Assembly: GCA_021792255.1 (NCBI GenBank)
Contig: JAJYUZ010000005.1
Coordinates: 1 to 64,000 of the forward strand
DNA from: Thermoplasmata archaeon
GTDB taxonomy: Archaea; Thermoplasmatota; Thermoplasmata; Thermoplasmatales; GCA-001856825
DNA length: 64,000 nucleotides
Direction: 5' to 3'
The notes under the pieces were generated by a model that saw only the letters and a program-made list of their open reading frames with translations, did no database searches and was not told the origin of the DNA. This document shows positions 56,914 through 64,000 of this stretch, piece after piece. Within the stretch, counting starts at the first letter, position 1. Each line of letters opens with the position of its first letter. A program made the translations under genes and the position numbers.

Positions 56914-58990
56914 AGTACCCGGATTCATTGGGCAAATCATCAACAGAAGGACCATACCGATAATTTTGCTGGTTGCGGGTATTGTGCTTTACAACTATTT
57001 CTGGGATATTATGGCTGGAGCACGTATACTTGCTTTTAACAACTCTATATCTCCAGCAACAGTGTGGGATATGGGCGCATTCTACGGAAGAATCTGGGTA
57101 TCCATTCACAGCGAGACCGTGTTGAATTTTGCGTTTGATGTGATACCATCACCGATCACCCTGCTGATGTCGCCATTGTCCCTGATTAAGGACCCGTTCT
57201 TTTTTGTGTATCTTCAGACAGCGTGGATATCAATAACATCAATTCCCATTTTCTTGATTTCCATCAAGAAGCTAAATTCTTCAATTTTGTCCTTGACGCT
57301 TTCTGTTTCATTTCTCTTATTCTTCGGTATTGCGGGGCTCAACTGGTATGATATCCATTTTCAGACCCTATTCCTTCCTTTTTTTACTGGGGGAGTCTGC
57401 CTATTCTACTATGGAAAGTACAAAACATCAGCCTTATTCATGGTTCTGGCCGGCTCAGTTCATGCTTTATTTATGGTCTTCCCTGTTATCTTCTATCTCA
57501 CCTATCTAATTGAACTATTCCTTAAACGAAGGTCATTTATCAGGGTGCGTTTTTCAATTATTGCACCGCTTGTAATCTCCCTTATTTTTTTAATTTCAAC
57601 TGTATATCTAGATTACCATCTAGGGGGGGGCATAGGATTACTTTCAGGTGTCCATTACGCCCAGAACAGCGGTGGCATTTTCCAGCGTCTAGAGAACGAA
57701 TATATAGATGATAAGGTATTCACGTTTCTCCTGTACTTGTCTCCGTTTATGATGCTTCCTCTATTGTCAAAGCGCTGGTTGTTTCCGATGCTTTTTTATT
57801 TTTATGAACTATTATTTGCAAACTCAGGAGTCTTTTTCTTCCCACTTGGGTTGAGAGTCACGGAATCGTCGATGCTTATCCCGTTCCTCTTCCTTGGGAC
57901 TATTGATGTACTTGAGCAGATGTCCGGCAGATTGCCAAATGAAAAAGCAAAGAATAACGAGAATGTCAGTGCCGCCAACGAGGCAAGGGCGAATTTTAAT
58001 CAAACAAAGGCAGATGCCAGTCACTCCAAGAAAATTGTTGTCACAATCTTGATCCTCACAGTGTTATTGACTGCAGTCTATCAACCGTACGGCGCTCTTA
58101 ACAAGTACTCTGAAGCAGATTTAGGGCTGAGTTCTGTTCTGAATAACAATGCCACACTTTTTGATGTATTCAATGCAATTGTAAGCTTAATACCTCAAAA
58201 TGACCCATTCGTACTGTACCAGAACAACATGCCGGAGGTGGTATTTAGAGACCCATCAACTCTTACGACAGAGTTGTTCGGATATTCTAATAATTTCACA
58301 TATCCATTCGGTACGGCTTATACTAAGCCAATCTGGTCCCAGCGGGTTGATTACGTTATTGCCGATCCCTACCACCCTTACTTTCTGGGTGGAGGAAGCG
58401 GAAATTTTTCTTTGACAATGTATGACACATTGCAGCATTTCATTTCTCAGGGTGGGTACGGGGTAGAGGCAGAATATGACGGTTTGATTCTTCTGAAGAG
58501 GGGTTTCACAGGCACTCCTCTGATCTATGGCCCAGAGGACAGGGTTTTTTCTGCAATAGAGCCGGGTACGCCAGATCCTAATGACAGTGCAATAATCAGC
58601 TCGTTCTACAGCAACGGTGTGGTATATGCGAACGATGCGACCTCCGGTCAGACTGTATGGTATGGGCCTTATACTTTCCTGCAACCGGGTAACTATCTTC
58701 TAAGATTAGAGGTAAGCGCATCCAACATAAGCTATGAAAATTATTTCCAGCTAAGATTTTCATATTTCAACGATACAAACGGAGTGCAAGAAGTTGGTCC
58801 CTTGGACGTAAACCTTTTCAACATTACAGGAAATGATTTTTCTGCTTCCAACAAATTTATTAACATCACTCTAAGGATCACTGCTATGAATTTTATGGAG
58901 TTTGTCGAATTTGCCGGGCAGGATTTTCACTGGAACGGAAACTTTGAGATCAAACAAATAACATTGGTACAGGTGGGTCCGTTATCTTAA
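56885..58990 (+). CDS. DUF2079-like membrane protein (predicted GT-C glycosyltransferase)
   Basis: WDMGAF, YDIHFQTL, FMMLPLLS, LIPQND, C-terminal WYGPYTFLQPGNY domain; ATG 56885 with a GAGGGG SD preferred as start. Confidence 0.75.
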   Translation: MPYRYSSHHKVPGFIGQIINRRTIPIILLVAGIVLYNYFWDIMAGARILAFNNSISPATVWDMGAFYGRIWVSIHSETVLNFAFDVIPSPITLLMSPLSLIKDPFFFVYLQTAWISITSIPIFLISIKKLNSSILSLTLSVSFLLFFGIAGLNWYDIHFQTLFLPFFTGGVCLFYYGKYKTSALFMVLAGSVHALFMVFPVIFYLTYLIELFLKRRSFIRVRFSIIAPLVISLIFLISTVYLDYHLGGGIGLLSGVHYAQNSGGIFQRLENEYIDDKVFTFLLYLSPFMMLPLLSKRWLFPMLFYFYELLFANSGVFFFPLGLRVTESSMLIPFLFLGTIDVLEQMSGRLPNEKAKNNENVSAANEARANFNQTKADASHSKKIVVTILILTVLLTAVYQPYGALNKYSEADLGLSSVLNNNATLFDVFNAIVSLIPQNDPFVLYQNNMPEVVFRDPSTLTTELFGYSNNFTYPFGTAYTKPIWSQRVDYVIADPYHPYFLGGGSGNFSLTMYDTLQHFISQGGYGVEAEYDGLILLKRGFTGTPLIYGPEDRVFSAIEPGTPDPNDSAIISSFYSNGVVYANDATSGQTVWYGPYTFLQPGNYLLRLEVSASNISYENYFQLRFSYFNDTNGVQEVGPLDVNLFNITGNDFSASNKFINITLRITAMNFMEFVEFAGQDFHWNGNFEIKQITLVQVGPLS

Positions 58991-59026
58991 ATTGTCAGTA
59001 TTATTTCAAGGCAATATAAGGAGGGA

Positions 59027-59695
59027 TTAGCGAATTAGCTCGGTAGAAACATCGGATATTTCCCTGATGACCTTTGCAGGGTTCCCATATGCCAGGCTAT
59101 TTTTTTCTATGTCTCTAGTGACTACAGATCCAGCCCCTATGAGAACATTATCCCCTATATTCACGTCTTCTATGATAGTTGTGCCAGAACCTATCCAGCA
59201 GCCCTTTCCTACTTTTACCCCCCCTGCCATGTTTACGCCGGTCGAAATTGTGGAATAATCTCCAATATTCATATCATGTCCAACGGTGGCGTTCATGTCT
59301 ATTAGAACAAATTTTCCGACTTCAACATTTGTCATAATGCCTACCCCAGCCTGTATAACGCTTCCATAACCGATCGATACGTAATCTTCCACGTTTGCAG
59401 AAGGGTGAACAAGAGACTGAAATTTAAATCCCAAAGATATAGATCTCTCTATTGCGTTTCTTCTGTTCGGTCTACCGAGGCCATTCAGAAGAACAACATT
59501 TCGCCTATCTACACTAAGAATATCAGATTCAGTGATGCACGGCAACCCATTTATTATTTTTCCTTTTTCTTTGTCCAGACCTATGAACCCTCTCACACCT
59601 AAGTCAGGAATCGCCTTCTTTGCTATTGACAAAATCTGTCTCGCTTGTCCGCCCGCACCGACAATGTAATATTCCACCACTTGTATATGATTCAC
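59027..59695 (-). CDS. Sugar N-acetyltransferase (PglD/NeuD/PerB family)
   Basis: IVGAGGQA, LVHPSA, VGHD, hexapeptide repeats, IGAGSVV...YGNPAK. Confidence 0.9.
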   Translation of the reverse strand: MNHIQVVEYYIVGAGGQARQILSIAKKAIPDLGVRGFIGLDKEKGKIINGLPCITESDILSVDRRNVVLLNGLGRPNRRNAIERSISLGFKFQSLVHPSANVEDYVSIGYGSVIQAGVGIMTNVEVGKFVLIDMNATVGHDMNIGDYSTISTGVNMAGGVKVGKGCWIGSGTTIIEDVNIGDNVLIGAGSVVTRDIEKNSLAYGNPAKVIREISDVSTELIR

Positions 59696-59804
59696 GGCAT
59701 TAATTTATAGTTTTCATCAACTCTCGCATAACACAGATTGTGATTCATTTCATCACGCTATCATTTCAGAAAAGGTTGAAATAGCCGAAATATCTCTTAA
59801 TTGA

Positions 59805-60860
59805 ATGGAAAAGAGAGTATTGGTTACAGGAATCACAGGGCAGGATGGTGCTTTGCTGGCAAAGATGCTATTGCAACGCGGTTTCGATGTATTTGGGACG
59901 TACAGGCGGATCAGTTCCCCAAACTTTTGGAGACTTTCATATTTAGGGATAGTGGATAAAATACATCTGGTGCCGTGTGATATTCTCGACCCTACGTCGG
60001 TATTCAGGGTAATAAAATCCATACAGCCGGAATATATATTCAACTTGGCCGCCCAGAGCCAGGTCTTGGCCAGTTTCGATTCTCCCATTATAACTAGCCA
60101 GATTACGGGGATATCCGTTGTGAACTTTTTAGAGGGAATTTTGAGGCTGGATAAGTCAATTAAATTCTATAACGCAGCGACAAGTGAGTTGTTTGGAAAC
60201 AACGGAGTATCGGGAAGCTTCGATGAGGAATCACCCATGAAGCCTTCAAGTCCTTACGCAGTTTCCAAGCTGTACGCATACTGGATGGTTAAGGTTTACA
60301 GGGAATCGTACGGTCTCTTCGCAGTTAATGGAATACTGTTCAATCACGAGTCAGAAATAAGGGGATTGGAATTTGTTACAAGAAAGATATCAAATGAGGT
60401 AGCAAAGATCAAACTGGGACTTTCAACTAAGATAAGACTCGGCAATATAGAAAGTTACAGAGACTGGGGGTACGCACCCGATTATGTGGATGCAATGTAC
60501 ATGATGATGGAATCAGAAGAGGCGGATGATTTTGTTGTCGCTACAAATGAAACACATCAGGTAAAGGAATTCTTGAAAATAGCATTTGAGTACGTAGATT
60601 TAGACTACAAAGATCATCTGGAGATTTCTCCTAAGTTCATGAGGCCGACGGATGTTAACTATTTAAGAGGAAGTCACGATAAGATTACCCGGAAGCTTGG
60701 TTGGAAGCCTAACACCACATTTTCAGAGCTAGTAAGAATTATGGTTAAAGCGGACACAGAAAGGTGGAGGAATCTCAAGGCGGGGCACATTGTTCCAACA
60801 GATGCCCTTTTTTATGACGAAAGCAAGTTTGATATTTATAGCCCAGAGGGTAAAATATGA
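59805..60860 (+). CDS. gmd: GDP-mannose 4,6-dehydratase
   Basis: VTGITGQDG, NLAAQS, TSELFG, SPYAVSKLY, GILFNHES..RG.EFVTRKI, RDWGYA. Confidence 0.96.
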   Translation: MEKRVLVTGITGQDGALLAKMLLQRGFDVFGTYRRISSPNFWRLSYLGIVDKIHLVPCDILDPTSVFRVIKSIQPEYIFNLAAQSQVLASFDSPIITSQITGISVVNFLEGILRLDKSIKFYNAATSELFGNNGVSGSFDEESPMKPSSPYAVSKLYAYWMVKVYRESYGLFAVNGILFNHESEIRGLEFVTRKISNEVAKIKLGLSTKIRLGNIESYRDWGYAPDYVDAMYMMMESEEADDFVVATNETHQVKEFLKIAFEYVDLDYKDHLEISPKFMRPTDVNYLRGSHDKITRKLGWKPNTTFSELVRIMVKADTERWRNLKAGHIVPTDALFYDESKFDIYSPEGKI

Positions 60861-61945
60861 TTCCAATATACAAGCCTTTGATCGAGGATGAGGAAGTTAA
60901 CGCAGTCTCAAAAGTGGTTAGATCAGGGTGGGTAAGTTCTAAAGGCAAAGAACTGAAAGTTTTTGAGGACCATTTTTCTAAATACATAGGAAGAAAAGCA
61001 GGTGTGTCTACTTCCAGCGGAACAACAGCATTGCATTTAGCGCTGGCAGCACTTGGCATAAGAAAAGGGGATGAAGTAGTAGCTCCCGACTTTACCTTTG
61101 TATCTCCTGTGAATGCTGTCATTTATCAAAATGCTGAACCTGTCCTAGTGGATGCCGAATATGAGACCTTCGGTGCCGACCCAGATAAAATAAAAGAAGC
61201 GATTTCCAAAAGGACTAAGGCGGTAGTAGTTGCTCACATGTATGGAAACGCTGCAAGAATTGATGAGATTAAGGAGATAACGGAGGATAAAGGAGTATAT
61301 TTAATAGAGGATTGCGCAGAATCCATAGGAGCGAAGTACAACGGGAAAATGGTTGGATCGAGAGGCATCATTAGTTGTTTCTCTTTTTACGGCAACAAGA
61401 TCATAACAACGGGAGAGGGGGGGATGTGCCTTACTGACGACTATGAGATCGGAGAGAAGTTGTCCACACTGCGAGATCATGGGATGAAACCGGAGAAAAG
61501 ATACTGGCACGATGAAGTTGGATTTAACTATAGGATGACCAACATGCAGGCAGCGCTAGGGTTAGCCCAGCTAAAAAAAATAGACCAAATTATTGCAAGA
61601 AAGAGAAAAATTGCTGCGCAATACCAAGAACTCTTATCCAACAGACTTGAAGTCCAGTCAGATCCTCCAAATCAGGAATCCGTATTCTGGCTTTATTCTG
61701 TTCTTTCAAAGAGCGGAACGGTTCGAGAGAGAATTTTAAGGGAATTGGAAAAGAATGATATAGAGTCTAGAAGATTTTTCCATCCAGTTCATACGATGCC
61801 GCCTTACAGGAATTTTCGTTTTATCAGTCAGAAAAGAAAGGTGAGCAATGATATTTCGAGAAGGGGATTTAACCTTCCAAGCTATCCGGGAATTTCACAA
61901 GAAGAACTAACGCTAGTAAGTGAAACGGTAAACAGAATTGTATGA
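60857..61945 (+). CDS. DegT/DnrJ/EryC1/StrS aminotransferase, probable GDP-perosamine synthase
   Basis: SSGTTALHLAL, IEDCAESIG, FSFYGNKIITTGEGG, RYWHDEVGFNYRMTNMQAALG; coupled to gmd. Confidence 0.9.
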   Translation: MIPIYKPLIEDEEVNAVSKVVRSGWVSSKGKELKVFEDHFSKYIGRKAGVSTSSGTTALHLALAALGIRKGDEVVAPDFTFVSPVNAVIYQNAEPVLVDAEYETFGADPDKIKEAISKRTKAVVVAHMYGNAARIDEIKEITEDKGVYLIEDCAESIGAKYNGKMVGSRGIISCFSFYGNKIITTGEGGMCLTDDYEIGEKLSTLRDHGMKPEKRYWHDEVGFNYRMTNMQAALGLAQLKKIDQIIARKRKIAAQYQELLSNRLEVQSDPPNQESVFWLYSVLSKSGTVRERILRELEKNDIESRRFFHPVHTMPPYRNFRFISQKRKVSNDISRRGFNLPSYPGISQEELTLVSETVNRIV

Positions 61946-61966
61946 ATCTGTCTTTGAGAGTGCCCT

Positions 61967-63127
61967 ATGGGAAAGGTTGACCAAATAGACTTCTTGTTCG
62001 TGATCGCCCGTCCGCAGATAAATGACGGTGGATACGTTATAAAGCACGCCTTATATCTGGCAGAAGAGGTCAGAAAAAAAGGTTATTCGGTAGCATTCTT
62101 AATCCTCCCCCAGGCCGATATGGAAATTGCTTTGATTAGAAAAAAGAAGAGAACTATGCCGTTAAGGCTTTTTTTAGCGAATTTGCTTTACGATTCATTG
62201 TTTTTTTTTAAATTCAGCAACTACTTGTTTCAAATTTTTAATCTAAAATTTAACCGATATGCATATAATTTAGATATTCCCGATGAAATAAAAATATTTT
62301 ATTCTAGTACACGCTGCATTTCATTATCTAAACGAGTTGTATGTAATGACTGGTTTTCAGCGCATTATCTCTCCAAACAAACTAAAGTTCAAAATGGATA
62401 CTTCATAGTCTACCATTCACACGAAAACGAGTATGTGGGACTCTCTGACATAGTAATCACCACCTACGACCGATGGCCCAATATCATAGTCACAAACGAA
62501 GTTATGAGAAGAAAACTTAATTTGAGTAAGGAAGCCGTGATGACGGTTGCAATTGATAATGGCAAGATCTTAAAAGAGAATGATAAGGAAAAAAAGGCCA
62601 ATACGGTATTAATTTCTATCAGAAAGGGTCCCATTAAGGGAGCCGAGTATGCTATAGAAGCCATTAACACACTCCTACGAGAGAGAGAGGATATAACTGT
62701 TTACACATTTGGTGATTTGAATCTAGAACAGTTATCAAATCCTAAGTGGATCAACCTAGGTTACGTAACTAACGATGATCTGAAAAATCTATTTAGCATA
62801 AGCGAAATATTCGTATCGCCATCTATAGAAGATGGAGTTCCAGGCACAGCAGCTGAAGCTATGGCTAACGGCTGCGCTGTAGTCTGTACAGATGTAAGTG
62901 GCGCCAGGGAACTGATAGATGATGGACATAATGGACTCATCGTACCTATAAGGGACCCTGTCTCAATTGTTAAGAATGTCAACTTTCTGTTAACGCACAG
63001 AGATGTAATGAAAAAACTTCAAAATAATGCCAGAGACTCTTTAAAAAAATTTTCAAGGGAGAATATGGCTGAATCATTTCTATCGGTCGTACACTATTAT
63101 GAGCAATCCGGAGTGCCAAAGAAATAG
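61967..63127 (+). CDS. GT4 (GT-B) glycosyltransferase
   Basis: IKG, SPSIEDGVPGTAAEAMANGCAVVCTD, NGLIVP. Confidence 0.9.
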   Translation: MGKVDQIDFLFVIARPQINDGGYVIKHALYLAEEVRKKGYSVAFLILPQADMEIALIRKKKRTMPLRLFLANLLYDSLFFFKFSNYLFQIFNLKFNRYAYNLDIPDEIKIFYSSTRCISLSKRVVCNDWFSAHYLSKQTKVQNGYFIVYHSHENEYVGLSDIVITTYDRWPNIIVTNEVMRRKLNLSKEAVMTVAIDNGKILKENDKEKKANTVLISIRKGPIKGAEYAIEAINTLLREREDITVYTFGDLNLEQLSNPKWINLGYVTNDDLKNLFSISEIFVSPSIEDGVPGTAAEAMANGCAVVCTDVSGARELIDDGHNGLIVPIRDPVSIVKNVNFLLTHRDVMKKLQNNARDSLKKFSRENMAESFLSVVHYYEQSGVPKK

Positions 63128-63416
63128 CGGAAGAGATACGGGCGGCTGAATAAAGGATTGCAACAGAAAGCAACGGGGAAGGCATTGGAAATTTCAGTTA
63201 AACTAGCCACCTTTCGATCGAAATGATAATAGTAAAAGTAGAGAAAGGGAGTGGATAACATAAAATGCAATTACTACAGTTCACCCTCCACTTTAATGAC
63301 TCGTTTTACACTTCATTCTGCCAAGCATTCTGATGTGTTAAGAATGCGATAGCAGGTCAATCAGAAGTTAAGACGAGAGAAAGCAAAGTTTATTAGATTT
63401 CGAGGCTTGTATATTA

Positions 63417-64000
63417 GTGAATCCAGTAGCAAAGCTTTTTTTTTGGAATGAAACTGCATACAAATTGTACAAGCGTAGTAAACTTCTTCCTTGGCTTAAT
63501 GCTCGATATGTCGAATGGAAATTTTTGAAAGATTTGACATCGGCTAGGTCCAGCATTTCAATTGATGACCCTATGGAGTATATGGGATTTAAAATGGTTA
63601 TCGACCCATCACAAAGGCATGACCTTTATTTTCTCATTCTAAAGGACAAGAATCTTGTTTACGAAGAAGAAGTTGTACAATTCTTAAGGAAGAGCTCAGA
63701 GAAAAATATAATATTCGTAGACATAGGAGCTAACAATGGTTTTTTTTCGTTACTGGTGGCATCTTTATCACAAGGGAATATTGTGTATTCATTCGAGCCT
63801 AGCCCATCTGCATATGCGAGGCTTACTAATAACATAGGGTTGAATAGTTTCAAGAATATCCAGCCATACAATCTCGCCCTAGGGTCCAAAGAAGATGATG
63901 GATATATGAATATTTCTAATCTTGAAGATGGCCTAAACTCACTAAAAGTAATACCCAATTCCAACTCGATGGTTCCAGTACATATTACGACTCTGGACAA
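63417..64000 (+). CDS. FkbM-family methyltransferase (3' part runs off the window)
   Basis: Manual translation: YEEEVV...FVDIGANNGFFSLL...VYSFEPSP...NLALG...TTLD; open from GTG 63417 (alternative ATG 63573). Confidence 0.85.
   Translation, partial: MNPVAKLFFWNETAYKLYKRSKLLPWLNARYVEWKFLKDLTSARSSISIDDPMEYMGFKMVIDPSQRHDLYFLILKDKNLVYEEEVVQFLRKSSEKNIIFVDIGANNGFFSLLVASLSQGNIVYSFEPSPSAYARLTNNIGLNSFKNIQPYNLALGSKEDDGYMNISNLEDGLNSLKVIPNSNSMVPVHITTLD

Noticed and set aside
63659-64000. 113-aa minus-strand ORF
   Set aside because: Antisense shadow of the + strand FkbM methyltransferase.

Overview
Archaeal chromosome segment, most consistent with a Thermoplasmata/Thermoplasmatales-like acidophile. Core region (1-22 kb): A-type ATP synthase operon atpK-E-C-F-A-B with a 525-aa LAGLIDADG intein in AtpA, a 1648-aa surface protein, tRNA-Gly(CCC), a tnpB remnant, MFS transporter, peroxiredoxin, SAM methyltransferase, AAA/DUF4143 ATPase, PRC-barrel protein, pheT-NOG1-gltX and rps3ae. 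The last five codons of rps3ae, including the stop, are also the first 15 nt of an intron-containing tRNA-Met. Accessory cell-surface island (22-64 kb): tyrosine integrase inside a 6.15-kb unit bounded by an imperfect 21-bp direct repeat, two VapBC pairs, an S-layer-like glycoprotein with a 28-aa-repeat stalk, DUF2079 (GT-C-like) proteins and a flippase. These are followed by a three-gene HTH module flanked by structured non-coding segments and a mosaic glycan locus (CDP-6-deoxyhexose, UDP-xylose and GDP-perosamine modules, glycosyltransferases, an IS630 element, gene remnants). Best candidate for an undescribed system: a 17-bp GGTAAAG-W-Y-GCGGTARA motif, part of a roughly 11-bp-periodic array, sits at three junctions between glycan modules, one exactly where a duplicated gene is truncated. 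All calls come from reading the sequence; no database searches or folding programs were run.
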